Assembly (NCBI GenBank): GCA_964595455.1
Contig: CAZQQL010000004.1
Coordinates: forward strand, 1-60,354
Direction of reading: 5' to 3'
DNA length: 60,354 bases
Origin: an uncultured Dehalococcoidaceae bacterium
GTDB taxonomy: Bacteria > Chloroflexota > Dehalococcoidia > Dehalococcoidales > RBG-16-60-22
A model generated the notes under the pieces. It worked only from the letters and a program-made list of their open reading frames with translations, searched no databases and was not told the DNA's origin. Within the stretch, counting starts at the first letter, position 1, and every line of letters begins with the position of its first letter. This document shows, in pieces, positions 47,661 through 58,765 of the stretch. The position numbers and the translations under genes were made by a program.

Positions 47661-47996
47661 GGTCCCTCCCGGCCGGGGATACTACGTTGAAATGCCTCTA
47701 TTCTGGAGTATATCACAGGGTTTTGAGGACTCCTAAAACAAGATTAAGGGTAGCTTAGCATGACAAAGACATACATGTAAATTCATAGGCGATAGAGCAG
47801 GAACCCGGTCCAGACTGTTACCTGTGTCCCCGGCTTGCAGGGACAATCCCCCTCCGCTGGCGGAAAGGGGATATGGGATGATGACGAAAAACCCCATATA
47901 GCACGCAAATTCCCTTCATCTTTCATACCCACTGGCTGTACGTCCCCCTGTTTCCCGGTCTTTACTACGCTCAGATTAATTATATTAAGTTACCTA

Positions 47997-48025
47997 TTGA
48001 CATTTTTAATTTATTTCTCTATCAT
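47997..48025 (+). promoter_or_regulatory. Sigma70-type promoter for the ABC exporter pair
   Basis: TTGACA, a 17-nt spacer, then TATCAT in an AT-rich context. Confidence 0.7.
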
Positions 48026-48060
48026 ATTTGTATATTGTTAATCTTTTTGGGGGTGGTCAA

Positions 48061-49011
48061 GTGAACGAAACCCTGCTGGATGTCAAAAGCATCCACAAGA
48101 CCTACAAGGGCAAGGTCCATGCCAACGTAGACATCAGCCTCTCGGTCAGCGCGGGTGAGGTCTTTGGGCTGCTGGGACCGAACGGCGCCGGCAAGACCAC
48201 GCTCGTCAACCAGGTCATCGGGTTGGCTGTGCCGACCGCCGGCAGTATAATGCTCGCCGGCGTGGACGTCATCGCTAATCCGGACTACGCCCGGCAGGCC
48301 TGCTCCTTCCAGGCCCAGGTGCAGGCGCCCATTTCCGGGCTGACGGCGTTCCAGGCCATCGAGCTCGTTGGCCTCATCCGGGGCGGGAAAAAAGCCGAGG
48401 TCCGCCGCCGCGCCCTGGCACTCATCGATAAGCTCGAACTCGGTGAATGGCGGAAGACCCTGGGACTGACCATCTCCGGCGGCGTCCGCCGGCTGGTGGC
48501 CTTCTGCATGGCCGCCGTCGTCCCGGGCCGGCTGGTCATTCTCGACGAGCCTACTAATGACGTTGATCCCCTGCGTCGCCGCGCCATCTGGCAGGAAGTC
48601 CAGGAACTGGCGAAACAGGGTTCCGCCGTGCTGCTGGTGACCCACAATATCCTGGAGGCCGAGCGCGTCGTGGACCGGCTGGCGATCATCGACCAGGGCA
48701 GGGTCAGGGGCATGGGTACGCCGGCATCCATCAAGGAATCCGAGGGGGACGATATGCGGCTGGAACTGATACTTGAGCCGGAAGCCGCCCGGCCGGACTT
48801 CCCGGTCTTCTACCGGGACCCGGTCTCGATCAACCGCCGCGTCATCGGCGGGGTGAGGCAGGCTGACATCTCCCCGGCCATCGCCTGGGCTCGCGAACTG
48901 AAAGATAGTAACCTCGTCGAGGAATATGCACTCGGCCCGGCCACGCTGGAAGATGTGTACGTGCGCCTGGTCAAAAACCCCGACGAAATGGTGAACGGGA
49001 GGGCGGCATGA
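48061..49011 (+). CDS. ABC exporter ATP-binding protein
   Basis: GPNGAGKT, ISGG signature and VILDEP. GTG start at 48061. Confidence 0.93.
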   Translation: MNETLLDVKSIHKTYKGKVHANVDISLSVSAGEVFGLLGPNGAGKTTLVNQVIGLAVPTAGSIMLAGVDVIANPDYARQACSFQAQVQAPISGLTAFQAIELVGLIRGGKKAEVRRRALALIDKLELGEWRKTLGLTISGGVRRLVAFCMAAVVPGRLVILDEPTNDVDPLRRRAIWQEVQELAKQGSAVLLVTHNILEAERVVDRLAIIDQGRVRGMGTPASIKESEGDDMRLELILEPEAARPDFPVFYRDPVSINRRVIGGVRQADISPAIAWARELKDSNLVEEYALGPATLEDVYVRLVKNPDEMVNGRAA

Positions 49012-49751
49012 CTATGGCACGATGGTTCAACAGCTATAACCTGATGGTCCGGTGGGTGTTCCTTTCCTCCCGGCCGTGGCTTTCCCTCAACCTGGCCGTG
49101 CAAATAATGATCGCTGTCGGGTTCATTTACGGCATCAGCTACTTCTACCCACAGATCACGCCGGACATCGCCCGGTACGTGGTAACCGGCGCTCCGACAC
49201 TCATCATGCTGACCGTCGGTTTCGTGATGGTGCCGCAGATCGTCGCCAACACCCGCACGGAAGGAACGTTCGACTACATCTGGTCGCTGCCGGTACCAAG
49301 GATGGCCCACATCGCCGCGGACGCCACCAACGTCTTCGGCACGACGCTGCCCGGTACCATCCTGGCGGTTGTCCTGGGCGCGACCTACTTCGACTTCTCG
49401 TTGACAGTTAGCCCGCTCGTGATTCCGGCGGTGCTGCTGATAGCCATGTGCGGTACGTTTATCGGCTATTCCATCGCCTTCGCCGTGCCCAAACCGATGA
49501 TGGTCAACGTGATAACCCAGGTGCTTGTCTTCGTGGTCATGCTGTTCTCCCCGGTTATGTTCCCGGCGGACCGGCTCCCGGAATGGCTCCAGGCCATCCA
49601 CCAGGTCTTCCCGGTGCAGTACATGGCGGACCTTGTCCGGGGTACGTTGACGGACATCGATGTCAACATGGGGCTGGCCTTCGGCGTCACCGGGGCATGG
49701 TGCGTCGCCGGGTTCATCCTGACCACTATCCTGGTGCGGCGGCGCAGCTAG
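49008..49751 (+). CDS. ABC-2 type permease
   Basis: Six TM segments, EGTFDYIWSLP and FPADRLPEWLQAIHQVFP. Confidence 0.9.
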   Translation: MTMARWFNSYNLMVRWVFLSSRPWLSLNLAVQIMIAVGFIYGISYFYPQITPDIARYVVTGAPTLIMLTVGFVMVPQIVANTRTEGTFDYIWSLPVPRMAHIAADATNVFGTTLPGTILAVVLGATYFDFSLTVSPLVIPAVLLIAMCGTFIGYSIAFAVPKPMMVNVITQVLVFVVMLFSPVMFPADRLPEWLQAIHQVFPVQYMADLVRGTLTDIDVNMGLAFGVTGAWCVAGFILTTILVRRRS

Positions 49752-50314
49752 GCGATGGGCGGCATGACACGCTCGCCCATGTAGAAAATGAAAAGATAAA
49801 CGATAATCGCGAGTTCTATCACCAGCGCGGCAATGACCATGAATATGCCGCGCTGGACGTTTTTGTACTTCCTGTTATTGATCTGGGCAATGCTGAAAAG
49901 CTGACGGATGTACATGTTCATGATGGAAGAATCGTCTTTTAGCGCCTCACCCAGGGCAGCTTTATACGCCTCGACGTTAGAGAACCGGCAGATACCGGAA
50001 AAGAAAGCCGGGTCCGGGAGGATGGCGGAGGTCTCGGACTCTGCGCGGTACCTGTCCCCGGATATCCTCGGCCGTATCGCCATGATGAGGCTGACGATGG
50101 CAAGCAGTGCGAAAGCGAAATACAGGCAAATCAGCGTTACGGTGAAAGGATTGATCGGGATGATCCGGTAGTAGACAACGAAGAAGACCATGAAAACGCC
50201 CAGGATGGAAAGAAGGGAAATAGACTTCTGGTCGGCCCGCTCCAGCAGCCGGTTCTCGCTTTCGAGGATTCTCAAGGTGATGTGTAATTCCTGCGCTGAC
50301 ATCGTAGTACTCAT
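49748..50314 (-). CDS. Pycsar-effector-like (PycTM/DUF5706-type) membrane protein
   Basis: Pattern ..ADQKSISLL-TM-TM-AIRPR...FFSGI...Y...L......RQ...IAQINNRKY..VQRG-TM. Confidence 0.7.
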   Translation of the reverse strand: MSTTMSAQELHITLRILESENRLLERADQKSISLLSILGVFMVFFVVYYRIIPINPFTVTLICLYFAFALLAIVSLIMAIRPRISGDRYRAESETSAILPDPAFFSGICRFSNVEAYKAALGEALKDDSSIMNMYIRQLFSIAQINNRKYKNVQRGIFMVIAALVIELAIIVYLFIFYMGERVMPPIA

Positions 50315-50410
50315 TTCTCAGATCGCATAACGCAATCGTGAGAATTATACTATTAAGCAGATTTTACCGGCAATAGCTCCTTTTTCAAGAAGAGGTTCGT
50401 TCACGAAAGA

Positions 50411-50440
50411 GAAAGCCCTCCCATTTTGGGGAGGGCTTTC
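50411..50440 (-). terminator. Rho-independent terminator for hsp20
   Basis: Perfect 12-bp stem GAAAGCCCTCCC / GGGAGGGCTTTC just past the hsp20 stop. Confidence 0.8.
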
Positions 50441-50461
50441 CAACAGGAGAGAAAACGTATT

Positions 50462-50938
50462 TTACTTCTTCTTGGCGGTGGATTCGATTTCCTTCACGCC
50501 GCCGACGTTGACCTTGATCTGCCTGGGTTTCTTTTCTTCCATCTTGGGGAGGGTAACGGTCAGGACGCCGTTTTCATAGTCGGACTTCACTTTTTCGGTA
50601 TCGACGCTCTCCGGCAGCCTCAGGGCGCGGTAGTAGGAGCCGAAGGAGCGCTCGCGTACCAGGTAGGCGGTGTCGTCCTTGCTCTCGTACTCGCTGGAGC
50701 GCTGGGCTTTCAGGGTCAGGACGTTGTCTTCGATGGTGACGTCGATGTCTTGTGGTTTAATGCCCGGCAGCGAAGCCTTGACAACAATTTCCTCCGGCTT
50801 CCTGATCACGTCCAGGGCGATGTTCCAGTCCTCCGCCTCGCGGTTGGCTACCCTTGTTCCGAAGCCCCGCCACAGCCTGTTCATCGTGTTGTCGATTTCC
50901 TGTAGGTCGCGAAAGGGATCCCATCTCTGCAGTACCAT
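50462..50938 (-). CDS. Hsp20/alpha-crystallin small heat-shock protein
   Basis: WDPFRDL, KASLPGIKPQDIDVTIEDNVLTLKA, RERSFGSYYRALRLP and YENGVLTVTLPK; AAGGAGG RBS. Confidence 0.97.
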   Translation of the reverse strand: MVLQRWDPFRDLQEIDNTMNRLWRGFGTRVANREAEDWNIALDVIRKPEEIVVKASLPGIKPQDIDVTIEDNVLTLKAQRSSEYESKDDTAYLVRERSFGSYYRALRLPESVDTEKVKSDYENGVLTVTLPKMEEKKPRQIKVNVGGVKEIESTAKKK

Positions 50939-51041
50939 AATGAAACCTCCTTGTATTGTTTTGTATTTTCGTCTTTGCGTTTGTCTTTTACTGCGGATAT
51001 TTCAGACGCTCATACCTCACCTCCGCTGGCACGAAGAGTTG

Positions 51042-51251
51042 TCAATGATAGGTATTGACCGGCGCCGCTGAAAGCTCCGGTGTTTCTTCCAGTACCAGGT
51101 GGTCGGTCTTCTTGACTTCCGCGGCAACAGGAACGAGATCGTGCATGTAGGAACACTGGAGGCACTGTTCGTACCAGCCGTGAAAGTCTTTATCGATGAG
51201 TATCTTGCCGCCGCATTTCGGACAGCGGCGATCGATGCTGCGATTTCCCAT
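51042..51251 (-). CDS. Small Zn-ribbon protein
   Basis: CPKC-x17-CLQC; AAAGGAG RBS upstream. Confidence 0.75.
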   Translation of the reverse strand: MGNRSIDRRCPKCGGKILIDKDFHGWYEQCLQCSYMHDLVPVAAEVKKTDHLVLEETPELSAAPVNTYH

Positions 51252-51274
51252 GTTTCAGACTCCTTTCCACTGCT

Positions 51275-51301
51275 TTAGCACTCTCTGCCATAGTCTGCTA
51301 A
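51275..51301. promoter_or_regulatory. CIRCE element 1 (HrcA operator)
   Basis: TTAGCACTC-N9-GTCTGCTAA versus consensus TTAGCACTC-N9-GAGTGCTAA. Confidence 0.8.
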
Positions 51302-51319
51302 CGTATTCGGGTAAAATAA

Positions 51320-51346
51320 TTAGCACTCGTAATGTCCGACTGCTAA
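51320..51346. promoter_or_regulatory. CIRCE element 2 (HrcA operator)
   Basis: TTAGCACTC-N9-GACTGCTAA, one mismatch to consensus. Confidence 0.88.
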
Positions 51347-51710
51347 CACTCATATTCTAATAAAGGAGAAAATCGTTGTCAAGAGATATTTGTCACTATT
51401 TTGACCCATCGTTTTTTATGCTCCTTTCGTTCCACTCTGTCACGAGGATCATATCACCGAGTTCCCCCATGCTCCGTATTACAGGTGTACGGACACATGG
51501 TATACACCTCTAATCGGCAGCATTTTCACCGCTCTCTTTGCTCCCCTTACGAACGTTTCAGATTTACGGAAAACCTCGATTATGGTATACTTATAGTAGC
51601 TACATGTACGGACTATCGCAGAATCGGCCAGCCCCGGTTTTTGGAACGGCACGGACCCGATTCCATCCGTCACCTTCCAGCATCCCATCACGCACTTTTC
51701 CCACGAATGA

Positions 51711-53669
<1,959 letters not shown>

Positions 53670-53844
53670 CAGCAGGGCAAAAGTTAAAGGGCAAACGTCA
53701 AAAGTAGGGTAGCCGGGTAAAAATACCACAACCCTTTTGATCGGGCCGAGACTGCAATTGAGCTCTGCCGTATGTCTGACCAGCAGCGTTCCATTAGCCG
53801 GGAATTTCCAGTTTCACCGCAGGGCGGACTGTAAGTCCGCCGAC

Positions 53845-53869
53845 AAAAAAAGAAGCCGGCCTTAGCCGG
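53845..53869 (-). terminator. Terminator for the minus-strand MFS gene
   Basis: Minus strand reads CCGGC-TAAG-GCCGG followed by CTTCTTTTTTT. Confidence 0.6.
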
Positions 53870-53935
53870 ATGCCCGATTTAGAACTATTCTACTTCGTTT
53901 CTGATTTTAATCTGTAACTCTTTGCTTTTTCGTCC

Positions 53936-55231
53936 CTATTCCATCTGCCGGATAGGCCGTACGAAAATCAGCACGGAAGCCATGATCAGCGTCAGAACCC
54001 CGGCGCTGATGCTCAGCGCCAGCGGCGCCCCGATTCCCTCCGCCATCGCTCCGAGGCCCAGGGTGGCCAGCGGATGGAGTGCCACGACCATGCTGTAAAC
54101 GCCGTTCACCCGCCCGCGGAACTCATCTGAACTGCCCATCTGGATACTCGTATTACTGGTGGTGGAAAAAGCCGATGCCATGTACCCCACTGCGATGGAA
54201 ATAAAGCAGGCCATAAAAAAGAGCCCGGCGCCCATGTGCAGCCATTCATCCAGGTACCCGGTGTTGGCAAACAACAGTAGCATCAGCCCGAAAACGATAC
54301 CGGAAATCAGTATCAGCCCACCTTTGCGTTTGTAATTGCCCAGGCTGGCAACGGTCAGCGACGCCAGCAGCGAACCGACCCCGGAAGCTGCCAGGAGGAA
54401 ACCGTATCCCTCCGATTCCAGGTTCCACAACCCCGCGAACACCGGCATCAGACCGGAATAGGTCACACCGAACAACGTCAGGGCCAGCTCCAGCACCAAC
54501 AAAGTCATAAGTACCCGGTGGCCTCTTACATAGCGCAAACCTTCCATCAGATGGGTGACCATGGACCCCGGTTTAACGCGGGACAGTTTGCCCGTCACCG
54601 GTACCGCAAACATCATGACGATGCCGATAACGTAGAGACCGATACCGGCGTAGTAGGCCCCCTGTGTACTGACCGCTCCGATGATGATGCCGCTGATGGC
54701 AGGACCGATGATGGAGGCCGTACACGCGCCGACATTATTCAGGGCGATAGCGTTATACAGCCGCTCCCGGGGGACCAGTTCCGCCATGATGGAGTTACGG
54801 GCGGTCTGATTGAACGCCCCGTTGATGCCGGCGATGAAAGAACTCACCAGCAGATGCCAGTATTCAATATTCCCCGTCGCGATCAGGACCGCGATGATAG
54901 CGGCCACAAAGGTCGATATCATCTGGCAGGCGATGATGACATCGCGTTTCTGGATACGGTCGCTGATGACCCCGCTATACAGGGAAAGCAGGAACCAGGG
55001 GATGGACTGCATGGCCATCACCAGCGTCAGTTTCAGGGGAGAGCCGGTCAGTTCATAGGCCAGCCAGGACTGGGCCGGCATAAGCATCTGCCCGCCGAAA
55101 TTAAGCACGAACAGGCTCAGCCAGTATTTACGGAAATCGGCAATCTTCAGGGCATCGAAGATCCCTTTCCAGCCGCGCCGCGCTAACTGTACGGAATGCA
55201 TACCGCCCGAAGGCGATGGAGTGGATGACAA
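53936..55231 (-). CDS. MFS transporter (DHA3/EntS-like)
   Basis: FRKYWLS, AYELTGSPL.L, GVISDRIQKR and EFRGRVNG; ~12 TM. ATG 55201 is an alternative start. Confidence 0.92.
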   Translation of the reverse strand: MSSTPSPSGGMHSVQLARRGWKGIFDALKIADFRKYWLSLFVLNFGGQMLMPAQSWLAYELTGSPLKLTLVMAMQSIPWFLLSLYSGVISDRIQKRDVIIACQMISTFVAAIIAVLIATGNIEYWHLLVSSFIAGINGAFNQTARNSIMAELVPRERLYNAIALNNVGACTASIIGPAISGIIIGAVSTQGAYYAGIGLYVIGIVMMFAVPVTGKLSRVKPGSMVTHLMEGLRYVRGHRVLMTLLVLELALTLFGVTYSGLMPVFAGLWNLESEGYGFLLAASGVGSLLASLTVASLGNYKRKGGLILISGIVFGLMLLLFANTGYLDEWLHMGAGLFFMACFISIAVGYMASAFSTTSNTSIQMGSSDEFRGRVNGVYSMVVALHPLATLGLGAMAEGIGAPLALSISAGVLTLIMASVLIFVRPIRQME

Positions 55232-55294
55232 GCGGAAACCTCGATAACTACTCTAAATATAGGTATAACTTCCAATTAAAGCAAGCGGCGTGAG

Positions 55295-55546
55295 CTACCG
55301 CTTCCTGGCCATCTTGGCATCCACGACGGCGGTCTCTTCATAGCGTCCATCGGGTGCGTACGGCGCCAGTTTGAAGGACAACAGGCCGGGACCGCAGCCC
55401 AGATCGAGGACCCGTGAACGGGCATTCAGTCCGAACTTTCCACGGAGCATGGCGAACATCTCCTCAGGATACCCGGGCCGGAATCGGGAATAATAGCCCG
55501 CCGTTCCTGTGAAGATGTCACGCGCCCCGCTCGGTCCATTAGCCAT
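55295..55546 (-). pseudogene. Class I SAM-dependent methyltransferase, internally deleted
   Basis: FTGTAGYYSRFRPGYP...VLDLGCGPG (motif I) is followed after only ~10 aa by a C-terminal-like RYEETAVVDAKMARKR; total length 83 aa. Confidence 0.7.
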
Positions 55547-55551
55547 ATCTA

Positions 55552-56118
55552 TTACTTACTATGTATGAGGGAAAAGAATTCGGCGCGGGTCACACCATTG
55601 CTCCGGAACGTGCCCCGCAGCGATGACGTGATGACATTGGCGCCTGGCTTCTTGATGCCCCGCATTATCATGCACATGTGCTCCGCGTGAATGACCACAC
55701 CGGCCCCGGTAGCCTTCAGCCTCTTGTAGATCGTGTCCACTATCTCCGTCGTCATGCGTTCCTGCACCTGCGGCCGGCGTGCTACCGTCTCGACGACGCG
55801 CGCCAGCTTGCTGATACCGACGATCCTTCCCTCGGCATTCGGTATGTACCCCACGTGGGCAACCCCGTAGAACGGCAGCAGATGATGCTCGCACATGGAA
55901 TAGAAAGGAATGTCCTTGAGGACCACCATCTCCCGGTGTCCCAGTTCGAACCCCACCTCCAGGTCCTCGCCGGGGTCCTTGTCGAGTCCCATGAACAGCT
56001 CGGAATACATCTCGGCCACACGTTTCGGCGTGTTCAGCAGGCCGTCCCGGTCCGGGTTTTCGCCTATCGCGAGGAGCATCTCGCGCATGGCTTTCTTGAT
56101 TTTTTCCTGGTCAATCAT
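55552..56118 (-). CDS. folE: GTP cyclohydrolase I
   Basis: [51 protein letters not shown] and TRAEF. Confidence 0.97.
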   Translation of the reverse strand: MIDQEKIKKAMREMLLAIGENPDRDGLLNTPKRVAEMYSELFMGLDKDPGEDLEVGFELGHREMVVLKDIPFYSMCEHHLLPFYGVAHVGYIPNAEGRIVGISKLARVVETVARRPQVQERMTTEIVDTIYKRLKATGAGVVIHAEHMCMIMRGIKKPGANVITSSLRGTFRSNGVTRAEFFSLIHSK

Positions 56119-56269
56119 CGCATGCCTCCTGTGAGGGATAATATCATCCGGTTTTTGGCATTATATGCCGTCAGGCGGTAATTGTCATCCGTACCTACAA
56201 CAAGAAATGGTGCGGGAAATAGCTAATCCGGCCTGCTCTTCCTGTTTGAATCGGGCCGAAACCGGACAA

Positions 56270-56308
56270 CCCCCTCTCTGCTTGCGCAGAGGGGATACAG
56301 GGGTGAGG
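56270..56308 (+). repeat. REP-like CCCCTCT...AGAGGGG..GGGGTGAGG element
   Basis: CCCCTCT-CTGCTTGCGC-AGAGGGG-ATACA-GGGGTGAGG lies in the thrC-folE spacer. Confidence 0.55.
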
Positions 56309-56392
56309 TCGCCGCCGTGCTTATCCCGGATAAATCAGTCACCCGCATCCCTTTGAAAGGGAAGCGAGATAGGTTCAGGCTTCGTTATCAGC

Positions 56393-57445
56393 CTATTTCC
56401 ACCCAAGGGCTTTTTCAACCGCCGGAAGCTCGGCGGGAAGCTGCTGGATCTCCGGGGCCTGCCGTAACGCTGTATCGATGTCCTTCAGACCGTTGCCGGT
56501 GACAACGCAGACGATCACCTTACCGGAGAAATTCTCGCCCTGGCCCTTGCGCTTGATCAGCCCGGCCAGCGGCGCGCAGGACGCCGGTTCCCCGAAGATG
56601 CCTGATTCCGCCGCCATGATACGCTGCGCGGCGAGTATTTCCTCGTCGCTGACCATATCGATGATGCCGCCGGACTCGTCCCGGGCGGCTTCGGCCTGCT
56701 TCCAGCTCGCCGGATTGCCGATGCGTATCGCCGTGGCGACCGTCTCCGGTTTTTCTATCGGATATCCCCGCACGATGGGCGCCGAGCCTTCCGCCTGGAA
56801 CCCGTACATGACCGGCTTGTGCGTCGCCTTGCCCAGTTCGTAATACTCCTTGTAGCCCTTCCAGTAGGCGGTGATGTTGCCGGCATTACCCACCGGTAGG
56901 ACATGCAGGTCGGGTGCGTCGCCGAGGTCGTCGATGATCTCGAATGAAGCGGTCTTCTGACCCTCGATGCGGTACGGGTTGAGGGAATTGACCAGCGTGA
57001 CCGGATTGTGTTCGCTGAGTTCACGGACAATATTCAATGCTTCGTCGAAGTTGCCCTTTACGGCGATGATCCTGGCCCCGTAGACGATGGCCTGGGCCAG
57101 CTTGCCCATGGCTATCTTGCCGCCGGGGATAACGATGATGCATTCCAGGCCGCAGTGCGCGGCGAAGGCCGCCGCAGAGGCGCTGGTATTGCCGGTGGAG
57201 GCGCAGATGATGGCGCGGCTGCCTTCTTCCACGGCCTTGGCAACCGCCATGACCATGCCCCGGTCCTTGAATGACCCGGTTGGATTGCAGCCTTCGAACT
57301 TCAAATACAGTGCTTTACAGCCGATGCGCTCAGCCAGCCGCTCGGACTTGACCAGCGGTGTATCGCCTTCCCCGATGGTGAACATCGGGGTCTTACCGGT
57401 GATCGGCAGGTATTGTTTGTAATGTCTGAGAACTCCGAGTAACGT
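56393..57445 (-). CDS. thrC: Threonine synthase; probable start at ACG 57445
   Basis: GEGDTPL, KFEGCNPTGSFKDRG (PLP lysine), ASTGNTSASAAA, LVNSLNPYRIEGQKT and PVGNAGN. The conserved N-terminal peptide extends upstream of the first ATG (57385). Confidence 0.95.
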   Translation of the reverse strand, partial: TLLGVLRHYKQYLPITGKTPMFTIGEGDTPLVKSERLAERIGCKALYLKFEGCNPTGSFKDRGMVMAVAKAVEEGSRAIICASTGNTSASAAAFAAHCGLECIIVIPGGKIAMGKLAQAIVYGARIIAVKGNFDEALNIVRELSEHNPVTLVNSLNPYRIEGQKTASFEIIDDLGDAPDLHVLPVGNAGNITAYWKGYKEYYELGKATHKPVMYGFQAEGSAPIVRGYPIEKPETVATAIRIGNPASWKQAEAARDESGGIIDMVSDEEILAAQRIMAAESGIFGEPASCAPLAGLIKRKGQGENFSGKVIVCVVTGNGLKDIDTALRQAPEIQQLPAELPAVEKALGWK

Positions 57446-57447
57446 GG

Positions 57448-58764
57448 CTAGCCTCCTTCTATTTCCTCGACGCGTATGAAATTGCTGATTTCCCTGACCT
57501 CGTCGAGAGCCTTGAGGCGGGCCAGGGCTTGCTGCATGGCGGCCTCACGGGCGGGATGGGTCATGATGACGATCTCCGCCGTCTGTGTGACATCGTCCGA
57601 TTCCGGCTGGATGGCGGAGGCGATGCTGATGCCGTTCTCCCCGAAGGCTGTGGCGATGCCCGCCAGCACGCCCGGCCGGTCCGCGGCCTTGAGCCTGATA
57701 TAGTACTGCGTCACGATGTCTTCCATCGACTTCACGCGCAGGCCCCGTGACGGTTTCCAGGTTGAGATGCTGCCGATACCCAGGCTTATCTTCCGCGCCG
57801 AGCAGATGACGTCCGCTACCACGGCGCTGCTCGTCGGGTCCGCTCCGGCGCCCTGCCCGATAAAGGTCACCTTGCCGACGAGGTCGCCTTCCACCTGGAC
57901 GGCGTTGTAGACGCCTTCCACCTTGGCCAGCGCCGCTTCTCTTGGTATAAACACCGGATGGACGCGGGCTTCGACGGCGTTCCCGTCCAGCTTGGCGATC
58001 GCCAGCAGCTTGATGACGAAACCAAGTTCATCCGCGTAGCGGAAGTCCCGGCCGGTCAGCCTGGTTATCCCTTCCCGCGATATCTGTTCCGGGTGCACCG
58101 CGGTCTGGAAAGCGAGCGAGGCCAGGATAGCCAGCTTGTAACGCGAATCGTAGCCTTCGACGTCGTTCTCCGGGTTCGCCTCGGCGTAACCCAGTTCCTG
58201 CGCCTGCTTCAGCACCGTGCTGAAATCCGCGCCTTCTCGGGCCATCCGGGTCAGGATATAGTTCGTGGTCCCGTTGATGATGGCAAAGATGCCGGTGATG
58301 GTATTCGCCACCAGGTCATGCTTGAACGGCGCGATGAGAGGGATACCACCGCCGACGCTGGCTTCGTACTGAAGACCGACGCCTTTGTCATGGGCCAGCT
58401 TGAGAAGCTCCGGCCCGTGCTTGGCGATGAGTTCCTTGTTGGACGTGACGACGTGCTTGCCCGCGGCAAGCGCACGCTTATGGTATTCGTAGGCCGGGTG
58501 CTCGCCGCCGATGGCCTCAACGACGATGTCCATGCCGGGTGTGTTGAAAAATTCGTCATCGTCGGTGGTGAACAGGCTTTCGCCGAGTTCCCTGACGAGC
58601 GGCCGCTCCAAGTCCTCCGGCAGCACTTTTATCCTGCGGAGGATGAGCGTACACCCGGCCCGTCCGGAGAGTTCTTCGGCTTTTTCCGCCAGCACGCGGG
58701 CGACGCGACCAGCCACGACGCCGAGACCCAGGACCCCGATGCCGACACTACGCGGTGCGTTCAT
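57448..58764 (-). CDS. hom: Homoserine dehydrogenase with C-terminal ACT domain
   Basis: GVLGLGVVAG, HVVTSNK, YEASVGGGIP, INGTTNYIL, GYAEANP..DVEG.D, GQGAGADPT and the ACT motif DRPGVLAGIA. ATG at 58764. Confidence 0.96.
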   Translation of the reverse strand: MNAPRSVGIGVLGLGVVAGRVARVLAEKAEELSGRAGCTLILRRIKVLPEDLERPLVRELGESLFTTDDDEFFNTPGMDIVVEAIGGEHPAYEYHKRALAAGKHVVTSNKELIAKHGPELLKLAHDKGVGLQYEASVGGGIPLIAPFKHDLVANTITGIFAIINGTTNYILTRMAREGADFSTVLKQAQELGYAEANPENDVEGYDSRYKLAILASLAFQTAVHPEQISREGITRLTGRDFRYADELGFVIKLLAIAKLDGNAVEARVHPVFIPREAALAKVEGVYNAVQVEGDLVGKVTFIGQGAGADPTSSAVVADVICSARKISLGIGSISTWKPSRGLRVKSMEDIVTQYYIRLKAADRPGVLAGIATAFGENGISIASAIQPESDDVTQTAEIVIMTHPAREAAMQQALARLKALDEVREISNFIRVEEIEGG

Positions 58765-58765
58765 A

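Noticed and set aside
53670-53730. GGCAAAC...GGTAGCCGGG resembling a c-di-GMP-I riboswitch
   Set aside because: The central GCAAAG/P2 elements are missing, and it lies after gyrB between convergent genes with nothing to regulate.
53736-53752. Shared ATCGGGCCGA core here and at ~56250-56259
   Set aside because: Only about 10 identical nt in two copies, which is compatible with chance.
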